Below, one piece after another: positions 19,378-28,325 of a DNA stretch of 64,000 nt. A program made the translations under genes and the position numbers. The notes below the pieces were generated by a model. It searched no databases and had not been told where the DNA came from. It worked only from the letters and a program-made list of their open reading frames with translations. The stretch covers positions 459 through 64,458 of the forward strand of contig DAQX01000008.1 of NCBI GenBank assembly GCA_002503055.1. Reading direction: 5' to 3'. The DNA is from Euryarchaeota archaeon UBA86 (GTDB lineage Archaea > Thermoplasmatota > Poseidoniia > Poseidoniales > Thalassarchaeaceae). Position 1 is the stretch's first letter. Every line of letters starts with the position of its first letter.

Positions 19378-20520
19378 ATGGTCGACTTCACGCTCTCAGA
19401 GGAGCAGCAGATGCTTCAGCAGATGGCCCGGGACTTCGCGGCATCTGAAATCAAACCCAACGCTGAGAGATGGGACCGTGAGAGTAGTTTCCCAAGAGAG
19501 GCCATCAGGAAGGCTCACGAACTGGGACTTCTGACTGTCAAGATACCCGAAGAGTTCGGTGGATTTGGGATGGGGTCATTCGAAGAGGTGCTCATTTGCG
19601 AGGAATTTGGATGGGGAGATCCAGGTTTCGCGACCGCTTGTGGCAGTACCATGCTGGCATCATATCCAGTAATCACTGGCGGCACTCATGACCAGAAACA
19701 GCGTTACCTGTCTAAGGTCGCAGATGGATGCATAGCCTCCTACTGCGTCACTGAGCCGGGTGCAGGAAGTGATGTTCAATCCATCACTACTCAGGCTGTG
19801 CGTGACGGTGATGAATACATCATCAACGGCAGCAAGATGTGGATTACAGGAGCCGGTCATGCTGACTGGTTCTTCGTTCTCGCCTATACTGACCCAAGTG
19901 CGGGCTACAAGGGAATGAGTGGTTTCATTGTCGATGCAGACAGTGCAGGAATTACTCTTGGAAAGAAAGAGGAAAACATGGGTCAGAGGTGTTCAGATAC
20001 TCGCTCAGTCGATTTCGTAGATGTGAGAGTTCCGGCTGAGAATCTAATCGGAGAGAAAGAGAACGATGGTTGGATGAACGCCATGCGAGCCTTTGACCTC
20101 TCGAGGCCAACAATATCAGCACATGCTGTTGGAAACGCTAGAGGGGCCATGGAGGAGTCTCTACAGTATGCCAACGAGAGGAGTACTTTCGGGCAACCAA
20201 TTTACAGACATCAAGGAGTTTCATTCATGATTGCAGATATGGCAACCAAAGTTGAAGCTGCCAGACTTCTAACTTGGCAGGCAGCGAAAAAAGCGGATGC
20301 TGGTGAGCGTAACACCCTCGAAGCAGCTCACGCTAAGCGCTTTGCTGCAGATATGGCGATGGAGGTTACTACGGATGCGGTCCAAGTCTTCGGAGGTTAT
20401 GGTTACTCTGAGGAATATCCGGTTGCTAGAAGGATGAGGGGTGCAAAGGTAGTGCAGATTTTCGAGGGTTCGAGTCAGATTCAGAGACTCATCATCAGCA
20501 GAGAGATGCTGAGGGACTAG
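19378..20520 (+). CDS. Acyl-CoA dehydrogenase (short/medium-chain type)
   Basis: [63 protein letters not shown]; 380 aa. Confidence 0.92.
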   Translation: [380 protein letters not shown]

Positions 20521-20583
20521 ATTCAGCCCATAGGGCTGAGTCATGTGACCGTTTGCTTGAAATTAGCCCATCCATGCCCGGAG

Positions 20584-22602
20584 ATGGTTATCATGCGAGC
20601 ATCACAGGATATGCGAAGCCGATTGACGGCAATTGCAATACTGGGGATGATGATTGTACCTGCATTAGCAGCAGCCGTTCCGACTGCCTCCAGCCCTACT
20701 CCAGTACTCACTTATTCGGAACAGATTGGCGATTGGTGGGAAGATACCAGCATGGATCGTGATGGCGATTACATTCATGATGCAATTTGGATTGCTGCAC
20801 AAAACAATCACTACGAATATCTCGATGATGATGGAAGGATTTCGGTAATCGTTGATTTCGATCATAAGCCAACTGAGGCCGACCAATCCATGCTTGAATT
20901 GGAGGTTGGCTTTCAAACACAATTCAGGTACTGGCTGATTGATTCGATTGCGGGGTCTGTCGAGTTAGCTCGTATACACGAACTACTCGAGTTACCAGGT
21001 GTAGTATTCGTCGAATTGGATGGTATTCTGGAGATTCGGATGGAAGATGTAGTTCCGGCTCACGGAGTGGATTTGGTCTGGCAAGATACTGGATATACCG
21101 GCGCTGGAGTAACAATGGCCATCATTGACACCGGCATAGATGCCAATCATTCGGGTTTGGACGATCTAGATGACGATAACAGCACAAATGACACTAAGGT
21201 CATCGCATTCTATGATGCAATCAACAATCCGGGAGCCAGAAACGGTAGTGAAATCTTCCCTTACGATGACAATGGACATGGAACTCATTGTGCTGGAATT
21301 ACTGCAGGAACTGGGGCACCTACATTCCAACACATTGGTGTTGCACCACATGCCAATTTAGTTGGTGTGAAAGTTCTGAGTGGAAGTGGAAGTGGCTCTT
21401 TTGCACAAGTTATGGCAGGCATGGAATGGACCGTGGAAAAGAGGCATGAGTTCAATATCAGGGCTGCCAGTATGAGTCTTGGAGGCCCTGGGGCAATTGA
21501 GTGGACTTCCGCAGAAGAAGAGTCTGTCAATAGAATGGCAAATGAAATGATGAGGGCAGGTGTGGCTCTTTTCATAGCAGCAGGAAATAGCGCCGGAACT
21601 GCAACTATCGGCACACCCGGTAGTGCTGAAGATGTGATTACAGTAGGTGCATTGGATAAGGATACGGCAATTGCAGTATACTCCAGTCAAGGGCCTACTG
21701 AAGAAGGCCGTATCAAGCCAAATCTGGCTTTTGTTGGAAGTAGTGTCAATGCTCCAGATGCAAATACCGGGGATGGATATGTAGCGCTGTCAGGAACGAG
21801 TATGGCTACTCCGGGTGCAGCTGGTGTTGGTGTATTGATGTTTCAAGCCAATCCGGATCTCAGTCCGTTTGATGTAAGGAACATAATGCAGGAGACTTCC
21901 ACCTACAGACAGTGCCACTACATGTTCGCCAACGAGCCTTGTGCCGAGGACCTGATACCTAAGAATCGTCAGAACAATGTGTACGGGCACGGGCATGTTA
22001 ACGCTCAGCCCGCAGTTGAAGAGGCGGCCAACTACTACTACGAACTCAGTCTTGCTCTCAATATCACTTTACAGAGTGAATATGGAGACGACAATCGTGT
22101 CTATATCAATCAAGATGATTCTGTTGTATTCAATCTAGAAGGTGGCATACAAAGAGTACAATGGAGAACTTGGGATATGCGAGATAACTGGATGGACTTA
22201 GCTGATTTCTCTGTTGGTGAAGAAACTTTCGAGGTCACACACGGATTACTAGTAGATCGTCTTCGCTTCTTACCAAACAATACGGTCGAAGGTGAACAAG
22301 TAATCCTAGTTCGCGGTATTGCTGGTGATGAAGCATCGACTAACCTTGCCGTTGGAATCTACATAATGGGAGATGAGAAAATCGCTCAATCGGATTCTGG
22401 AGGTTCGCTCATGGGGATTATCGTAGGCGTACTCACTTTACTTGTTCTAGTACTACTAGTTACATTGGTATTCGCTGGAATGCAATTACGCGACCGAGGA
22501 TTTTTCGATGGTGATGATGTGCTGGAAGATGAGGACGACTCAATGCCGCTCGATGACATGCTGGTGGGCGGAGGAGACGAGGTCGTTCCGGATGGGGACT
22601 AA
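20584..22602 (+). CDS. Secreted subtilisin-like S8 serine protease with C-terminal TM anchor and acidic tail
   Basis: AIIDTGIDANHSGL (Asp), HGTHCAGITAG (His), SGTSMATPGAAGVGVL (Ser). A C-terminal TM helix (IIVGVLTLLVLVLLVTLVFAG) is followed by a Asp/Glu-rich tail. The N-terminal half is paralogous to 3224..7081. Start is uncertain: ORF-track GTG 20545, ATG 20584 or ATG 20611. Confidence 0.88.
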   Translation: MVIMRASQDMRSRLTAIAILGMMIVPALAAAVPTASSPTPVLTYSEQIGDWWEDTSMDRDGDYIHDAIWIAAQNNHYEYLDDDGRISVIVDFDHKPTEADQSMLELEVGFQTQFRYWLIDSIAGSVELARIHELLELPGVVFVELDGILEIRMEDVVPAHGVDLVWQDTGYTGAGVTMAIIDTGIDANHSGLDDLDDDNSTNDTKVIAFYDAINNPGARNGSEIFPYDDNGHGTHCAGITAGTGAPTFQHIGVAPHANLVGVKVLSGSGSGSFAQVMAGMEWTVEKRHEFNIRAASMSLGGPGAIEWTSAEEESVNRMANEMMRAGVALFIAAGNSAGTATIGTPGSAEDVITVGALDKDTAIAVYSSQGPTEEGRIKPNLAFVGSSVNAPDANTGDGYVALSGTSMATPGAAGVGVLMFQANPDLSPFDVRNIMQETSTYRQCHYMFANEPCAEDLIPKNRQNNVYGHGHVNAQPAVEEAANYYYELSLALNITLQSEYGDDNRVYINQDDSVVFNLEGGIQRVQWRTWDMRDNWMDLADFSVGEETFEVTHGLLVDRLRFLPNNTVEGEQVILVRGIAGDEASTNLAVGIYIMGDEKIAQSDSGGSLMGIIVGVLTLLVLVLLVTLVFAGMQLRDRGFFDGDDVLEDEDDSMPLDDMLVGGGDEVVPDGD

Positions 22603-23149
22603 CAGAGCAATAATTCTCGCCGCTGGGGCCAGTAAGCGTCTTGGGGCGCATAAGGCATTGGTGGAAGTTGGAGGAATGACTCTAATTGAGTTGGTAGGAG
22701 AGAAGTTGCAACGGGCTAATCTCAAAGTAACTATAGTGACTAGGGGATCGCTTGAGGAATCGATTCGGACTCTACTGCCCGAGGCCGAAATAGTAGTCAA
22801 TCCGAATCCCGAAATGGGTAGAACTGGAACAGTTCAGTGCGGAATACATTCTATTGGAGTTGGCCCGGTACTAATCGTACCGGTAGATAGACCCGGATTC
22901 AGTATCTCCACAATAGATGCACTATGTAGAGCAGGCGTAACGGCCACTCCTGCATTTCAGGGAAGAGGGGGTCATCCGATTGCTCTGACATCAAATGATT
23001 GTGAAGTTATTCTGAAAGCCAAACCAGATATTCCTTTACGAGATTTGATTGATGCAACAAAGATTGAGGTTGGAGATTCTAATCTACACCTGAATATTGA
23101 CACTCCGGACGATGTTGAACAACTACTCAGGGTTGTAGATTCTCTGTGA
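22592..23149 (+). CDS. MobA-like NTP transferase (molybdenum cofactor cytidylyl/guanylyltransferase, MocA-like)
   Basis: MGTNRAIILAAGASKRLG...KALV N-terminus typical of the MobA-like NTP_transf_3 domain. The ORF-track start at 22508 is an extension overlapping the protease gene. Confidence 0.7.
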   Translation: MGTNRAIILAAGASKRLGAHKALVEVGGMTLIELVGEKLQRANLKVTIVTRGSLEESIRTLLPEAEIVVNPNPEMGRTGTVQCGIHSIGVGPVLIVPVDRPGFSISTIDALCRAGVTATPAFQGRGGHPIALTSNDCEVILKAKPDIPLRDLIDATKIEVGDSNLHLNIDTPDDVEQLLRVVDSL

Positions 23150-24371
23150 GAGACGGGTATTCTCCCATGATCCAGAGGAAAACCAATCCTACGATAATTG
23201 CTGGAAGGGTTGTGTGTATTGTAGCCCAGATTGAGGCTACTTTGTGCCTAACCAAAAGAGGGAATAGTGCATCGCCGTCTTGCGAGATTGCATTGGCGAC
23301 CAAGGCAGGGAAGGAAATTACTCCCTCAACATATGCAGATATTGCAATAATTTGAGGTCCGCAGCCAGGAATTAATCCGACGGTTGCGGCAAGAATAACC
23401 GCACCTACTCCGGCACCATGCTCGGCTAGGTCTGCCTCACTAATTCCAGAGACGATCATTCCGAGTTCGAAAGCAAGGTAAGCAATCAATACCCAAAATG
23501 TCACGAACGCTGTCTCCGAGGCCGCATGTACCAGAGTCTCATCTAGAGAATTCAACTTGTCCCCAATAGTAGCCTCTGTATCGTCTCTGAGAAAGTTTTT
23601 CGATGAAACATACAAGATGATAGATAGAGATGATCCAATGAATCCAACCCATGTCACTAGTCCATCTCTAGTAGTCGGATTCCAGACTAGCTCAGGAGCA
23701 TAATCTGGATCCTGAGCATACCAAATCAGCAGTAAGATTGCTAGACACAATCCAACTGCTGTGACCATCCACCAGACTCTGTAGCCCTGATGAATGATTC
23801 TGTAACCCAGCCCTTCCGGTACCTCTCTGGGCATATCCTCGATTACTGAATCATTGCCTTCCATCTCTCTGGCTGCTTCTTCACCGAGTGGCTCATCTGA
23901 TCCGAACTTCGGACCGAACTTACCCAATGGAGATGAGGGTGTCACTTCCAAAGAATCTACTCCATATCCCCACACCACTCCGACGATGAAAGAAGTGACA
24001 TGCACGGCAATCACAGGCGTGATGAAAGCAGAATTCTGGAATACTGCCCCAATAAGAACGAATGCTGCATCCCCGAGTGTTGCAATAAGAGTAGCAATGA
24101 CTGTCCCATATGTGACATAACCGCGTGCATACATCGGCATTACGATGATTGCTCCGCCGCAACCCGGAGTCAGGCCCATCATGGCTCCAATCACTGGTTG
24201 CAAACGCTTGTTCTCACGAATCCACGACACAAATTGACCTGCTGTGATGTATTGAAGCCAACTGAATAATAGTATCATGGCGGCAACGAAAACAGTCACT
24301 GCGAGGAATGCATCTCTCATCGAGACCACTACAATCTCGAGGATTTCTCCCCCGGTTACTCCCGAAGACAC
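23127..24371 (-). CDS. Polytopic membrane permease with duplicated PGCG motif (ArsP_2 / putative 10-TM metal-exporter-like)
   Basis: Two repeats, GLTPGCGGAIIVMPMY and GLIPGCGPQIIAISAY, in a roughly 10-TM protein. The family assignment is from memory of that motif and is tentative. Confidence 0.5.
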   Translation of the reverse strand: MSSGVTGGEILEIVVVSMRDAFLAVTVFVAAMILLFSWLQYITAGQFVSWIRENKRLQPVIGAMMGLTPGCGGAIIVMPMYARGYVTYGTVIATLIATLGDAAFVLIGAVFQNSAFITPVIAVHVTSFIVGVVWGYGVDSLEVTPSSPLGKFGPKFGSDEPLGEEAAREMEGNDSVIEDMPREVPEGLGYRIIHQGYRVWWMVTAVGLCLAILLLIWYAQDPDYAPELVWNPTTRDGLVTWVGFIGSSLSIILYVSSKNFLRDDTEATIGDKLNSLDETLVHAASETAFVTFWVLIAYLAFELGMIVSGISEADLAEHGAGVGAVILAATVGLIPGCGPQIIAISAYVEGVISFPALVANAISQDGDALFPLLVRHKVASIWATIHTTLPAIIVGLVFLWIMGEYPSLTENLQP

Positions 24372-24441
24372 GAGTATGGGCCGAACAGTTCGTCATATCA
24401 AAGTTAGTCGGATTATCATTGAGCGTAATCCCAAAGGCTCG

Positions 24442-25287
24442 ATGGCCACTCGCGATACTGTGACGAAGGCCGTGCTGACTTGGGTTCTCGACATGCTCGA
24501 GAGTGGTCAGAGCGTAGCAATGGCCTCTGTAATAGAGTCCAGTGGGAGTGTTCCTGGCAAGCCTGGTGCCCGAATGGCAGTGACCGAGAACGGTGCAAGG
24601 TTCGGAACTGTCGGAGGTGCAGGCCTAGAGATGAAAGTCGAAAATGCATTGAGAGGTATGCTCAACGGTGGACGAGTAGAAGTCCGTCAAAAGGGCGGCA
24701 AGGTCGAGACTTTCGTACTCTACAAGGATGCGAAGGAACAAGAGGCGACGCCTCTCGACAGCCTATGTGGAGGTAGAGTCACAGTGTCGATGGAAGTGAT
24801 AGATCCAGTCCCTCATATTCTGATTGCTGGCGGCGGCCATGTGGGCCGATCAGTTGCTTTGGTCTGCGATACTCTGGGTTGGTCTCACAGCGTCTTCGAT
24901 GTCAGAGAAGATTACGCCAACGAGGATACTTACCCCTATTCTTCCGAGTTGCATCCAATCTCTGTGAATGAGTTCCTTCAACAGGAAGATTCCGATTCTC
25001 TGAGCAGATTCTCCGATATTCTTCTTTTGGGCCATGACTGGTCTGTCGACCAAGATATGCTGCTTGGGTTGCTAGAGAAGTCGGGCGAGTCGGGTCGTCC
25101 GAGAATAGGTGCAATTGGCTCAAAGGTCAAGTGGAAGGCATTCAGAGAGGCTGCCATCTCTCAAGGGATTTCAGAAGCTGTAGTGGATTCAGTAAGGTGT
25201 CCGATTGGACTTGAGATTGGTGCTGAATCTCCTGAAGAGATTGCTGTCGCAGTTTGTGCAGAGATAATGGCTCTCGAGAAGGCCTGA
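24442..25287 (+). CDS. xdhC: XdhC/CoxI-family molybdenum-hydroxylase maturation factor
   Basis: N-terminal XdhC_CoxI-like segment (ESGQSVAMASVIESSGSVPGKPGARMAV) and a C-terminal Rossmann-like segment (ILIAGGGHVGRSVA). The ORF-track start at 24277 overlaps the divergent gene, so ATG 24442 (or 24376) is preferred. Confidence 0.8.
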   Translation: MATRDTVTKAVLTWVLDMLESGQSVAMASVIESSGSVPGKPGARMAVTENGARFGTVGGAGLEMKVENALRGMLNGGRVEVRQKGGKVETFVLYKDAKEQEATPLDSLCGGRVTVSMEVIDPVPHILIAGGGHVGRSVALVCDTLGWSHSVFDVREDYANEDTYPYSSELHPISVNEFLQQEDSDSLSRFSDILLLGHDWSVDQDMLLGLLEKSGESGRPRIGAIGSKVKWKAFREAAISQGISEAVVDSVRCPIGLEIGAESPEEIAVAVCAEIMALEKA

Positions 25288-25752
25288 TTACTCGACCAAT
25301 TCTGTCTCGTCTTCTTCGACAACCACTGAGTTTGACTCTACTTCGATAACTTTGGCCATTGATTCCTCTTTTGCGTGTACGACTGCCGGCTGTCTTTCTA
25401 GGCTGGGGATGAAAGTAGCGATGGAGACCCAAATTAGTACAAGTACAAGTATTGGAGTGAGAGAGTCCCTGAGAGCCATAGTTAGTTCCTGTTGCTCAAA
25501 GGACGATATGAATGCCCACAGAAAACCTATCAAGAAAGTGATCAGTAACAGAATGGAGCCAACAATTGCAAGACCCACTCTGACAGGCATCTTGCCAAAT
25601 GAGGCAAAGACGAAATTGATTATTGCAGACATGTTACGACTGCAAAATCGGAAGAATCTGGTAAAGATGGTCCGACCAAAGAAGCTCATTGCTATCGGTT
25701 GGGCGTCTCGAGTCGTATTGATGAACATGCCGAGAGAAGTAATCTCAGACAA
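25288..25752 (-). CDS. Hypothetical membrane protein with acidic C-terminal tail
   Basis: Two clear hydrophobic helices and a tail of VVVEEDETELVE. Chosen over the antisense ORF 25352..25756, which has no membrane or motif features. Confidence 0.35.
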   Translation of the reverse strand: MSEITSLGMFINTTRDAQPIAMSFFGRTIFTRFFRFCSRNMSAIINFVFASFGKMPVRVGLAIVGSILLLITFLIGFLWAFISSFEQQELTMALRDSLTPILVLVLIWVSIATFIPSLERQPAVVHAKEESMAKVIEVESNSVVVEEDETELVE

Positions 25753-25787
25753 CTAAGACTGAAATCTACCTGTCATCACGGACTGCC

Positions 25788-27008
25788 GTGCGGAGCGTTG
25801 CCCTGGTCATCTCATTACTCGTCATCGCGACTCCACTCAGTGGATGTTTGCTATGGGGTGAAGATGAGATTTCAGCAGAAATACCGGAAGAGGAAGAGGG
25901 ATTCGGGGCTTTCAGTGTGGTCGCCCCAATCGATACTGGAATCAATGTCTATCACAATCACTTCAGGATGAATGAATCTTATCCCCAGTGGCTTCTCGAT
26001 GGACTTGGTGTCAACAAAATCTGCGATGTAACCCTGAATGGAACTTGGCAGGAGCGATACGAGGCCGACAAGGAGTCTTGCTGGGACAACATCACCTCAG
26101 AGCATATTGTCTGGTTCCGAGGTACAAGAATCATCGGCACGACACCAGATGACAACACCGACATCCCAATTCTAGACGATCCTCAGGACGGGCATGGGAC
26201 AGCTGTAACTGGTTCAGTTCTTAATGCGAATCCGAATGCGGTGATATTCTTTGTAGAGGGTTTCAGTGATGCGGCTGTTCTAGCTGCTGCAAACCAACCT
26301 CTAGTCGACATTATCACAACCAGTTTCGGTCCGATAGGTTCCATCCCAGTACCTGGCATAGAAGACGCTACCAAGGTAGCGGTGGTTCAGAACAAGAAAA
26401 TCCACACAGGTGCCGCTGACAATACTCCTTCTCCGGCTGTGCAGGACCCTACAGCAGGACCTCCTTGGAGCATCGGTGTATCTGGCTATGCCGAAGAAGG
26501 CGATGACCAGAAAGAGACGATGAGTGGTTCCTATCCTGATGTGGCCGCAGATTGGACACAAGTACTGCCCAATCACGATGATATCGATGGTTACCACGAG
26601 ACCTCGGGAACTTCTTTTGCGACGCCTAGAACTGCTGGTCTTCTCTCAAAGGTCCTGATGTGGCTCAGACATGAATTCGAAGATATGTCATCGGGGGCTG
26701 ATCCTGAAGTCCGAGGTGGCCTGATGGTTAATGGAACTAATTTCTCCCTCACAAATGACGATATCAGAGATGCACTGAACCTATCTGGTTGGTATCCATC
26801 ATTCAGTACTTGGGATCCTCTTTCGGGAACTACTCCAATATCGCCCGTAGCTCCGTGTACTCAGGTTGGTTGGGGCGTTGTAAATGAGAGCAATGTTATT
26901 CCCATCATCGAGCATCTGAACAGTACTACTACTATGCCTTCGCGACCTAGTGATGTAGTGATGTGTATGGAAGCCAATCAGGCCATCAGAGAAGCATATT
27001 GGGGATAG
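25788..27008 (+). CDS. Secreted S8-family (subtilase-like) peptidase lipoprotein
   Basis: Signal peptide with lipobox LSGC. Asp/His/Ser in canonical order: APIDTGINVYH, DGHGTAVTGSV, SGTSFATPRTAGLL. Confidence 0.7.
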   Translation: MRSVALVISLLVIATPLSGCLLWGEDEISAEIPEEEEGFGAFSVVAPIDTGINVYHNHFRMNESYPQWLLDGLGVNKICDVTLNGTWQERYEADKESCWDNITSEHIVWFRGTRIIGTTPDDNTDIPILDDPQDGHGTAVTGSVLNANPNAVIFFVEGFSDAAVLAAANQPLVDIITTSFGPIGSIPVPGIEDATKVAVVQNKKIHTGAADNTPSPAVQDPTAGPPWSIGVSGYAEEGDDQKETMSGSYPDVAADWTQVLPNHDDIDGYHETSGTSFATPRTAGLLSKVLMWLRHEFEDMSSGADPEVRGGLMVNGTNFSLTNDDIRDALNLSGWYPSFSTWDPLSGTTPISPVAPCTQVGWGVVNESNVIPIIEHLNSTTTMPSRPSDVVMCMEANQAIREAYWG

Positions 27009-27048
27009 TCGCCCGAGGATTCAATACGAGTGATGTATTGGAATAAGT

Positions 27049-27696
27049 ATGAGGAAGGTCATTCTGAGATGGAAGATATCTTCCCTTACTGGTGCTAAGG
27101 AATTGTCAAAAATCCTCAATGTAGCTGAGCGGGTGGAAATCCTAGGACATCTCGCTGTTGGGCCCGGTAGCGTTACTCAGCTGGCTGAAATCAAGATGCG
27201 TGATGGGCACGCCATTGAGGAAATATCCGAGTTTGATAGTTTCGAGGTAATCGAGCAGCATGAGGAAGACGAGAATGGTGCCCTAGTAAGCCTACTTTGC
27301 ACTCACCCTCTGGCTGTATCGGCGATTGAGATGTCGAATATTCATGTTCAGCCCCCATACGGTATCGATGCCGCGCGAGGGATGGAGCTCAGGCTATCTG
27401 GCCATTCCAAGTCGATTAGTCGCTTCCTTGCTTTACTGAGGATGATTCTCCCCCCTGACAAAGTAAGTGTGCAATCCTTGAGAGGGAGGGAGAAGAATGA
27501 TTGGGCTAGCAACCTGACAAAGAGACAGCGCGAAGTAGTCTCACATGCTGTCAAGCGAGGATATTACAAGACTGATTCGGAAGTTACTCTTAGACAGTTG
27601 GCAGACGAGTTGGGGATGGCTAGAAGCACCCTTGGAGAGCATCTCCAGAGAGCTGAGGAAGAAATCATGAAAATGGCCGTAGAAGACATCAGTTGA
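27049..27696 (+). CDS. HTH_10 (bacterio-opsin-activator-type) DNA-binding transcriptional regulator
   Basis: C-terminal LTKRQREVVSHAVKRGYYKTDSEVTLRQLADELGMARSTLGEHLQRAEEEIM is the archaeal HTH_10 signature. It lies immediately upstream of the molybdenum-hydroxylase subunit genes. Confidence 0.75.
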   Translation: MRKVILRWKISSLTGAKELSKILNVAERVEILGHLAVGPGSVTQLAEIKMRDGHAIEEISEFDSFEVIEQHEEDENGALVSLLCTHPLAVSAIEMSNIHVQPPYGIDAARGMELRLSGHSKSISRFLALLRMILPPDKVSVQSLRGREKNDWASNLTKRQREVVSHAVKRGYYKTDSEVTLRQLADELGMARSTLGEHLQRAEEEIMKMAVEDIS

Positions 27697-27749
27697 CCCC
27701 AAGGGGGTCAAAGGAATGCTCAAAGGGCGTTGCTTACGCTGGCCTACTG

Positions 27750-28325
27750 ATGGTCCAGTTCAGACTGCCCATGCTGCCTCGCTCCGGGCAACTTCCTTGG
27801 GATGCCGAGGTTAACGGAGAAGAGGTATCCCTACACATCGATGGAAACTCGATTCTTCTCGATGTGTTACGTGATCAGGCTGGTAGTCTCGGGACCAAGC
27901 GCGGTTGCGATATGGGGACTTGTGGATGTTGTAGTGTCCTGATTGATGGAGAGCCTAGACTGTCCTGTCTAACTCTAGCCCAAGAGGCGTCTGGTTGTTC
28001 AATTACAACAGTCGAGGGTTTGTCTGATGGGCATCACCTACATCCAATCCAACAGACATTCGCAGAGTGTGGAGGGAGCCAATGTGGATTCTGCACACCC
28101 GGATTCCTCGTCGTCATATCGGCCTTATTGGAAGAAAACGACCAACCTAATGAGGACGAGATTAAGTGTGCCATAGAGGGTAATCTTTGCCGTTGTACTG
28201 GATATCAGCAGATTGTGGATTCTGTGAAGGCTGCATCTGACATTCTTGTATCTGGCGAGACTACTGAAGATTCCACTAGTGCCAAGAGCGATCCGAACCC
28301 GAGACTCTCCGAGGGAGGTGATTAG
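27750..28325 (+). CDS. Molybdenum hydroxylase small subunit, [2Fe-2S]-binding (CoxS/XdhC-small type)
   Basis: GCDMGTCGCCSV (plant-type 2Fe-2S cluster), CGFCTPGF and CRCTGYQQIV (second cluster). Start is ambiguous: TTG 27693 in the ORF track, ATG 27750 or ATG 27771. Confidence 0.92.
   Translation: MVQFRLPMLPRSGQLPWDAEVNGEEVSLHIDGNSILLDVLRDQAGSLGTKRGCDMGTCGCCSVLIDGEPRLSCLTLAQEASGCSITTVEGLSDGHHLHPIQQTFAECGGSQCGFCTPGFLVVISALLEENDQPNEDEIKCAIEGNLCRCTGYQQIVDSVKAASDILVSGETTEDSTSAKSDPNPRLSEGGD

Noticed and set aside
22508-22591. Upstream extensions of ORF-track starts (mocA-like 22508, xdhC 24277, FAD subunit 30977, ribE 9261, gpsA 50887)
   Set aside because: The extensions overlap the preceding gene and translate to non-homologous sequence. 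Conserved N-terminal motifs begin at the internal ATGs that I used.
25352-25756. 134-aa plus-strand ORF opposite 25288..25752
   Set aside because: Of the two mutually exclusive ORFs, the minus-strand one has clear TM helices and the acidic tail seen in neighbouring membrane proteins. Neither call is strong.
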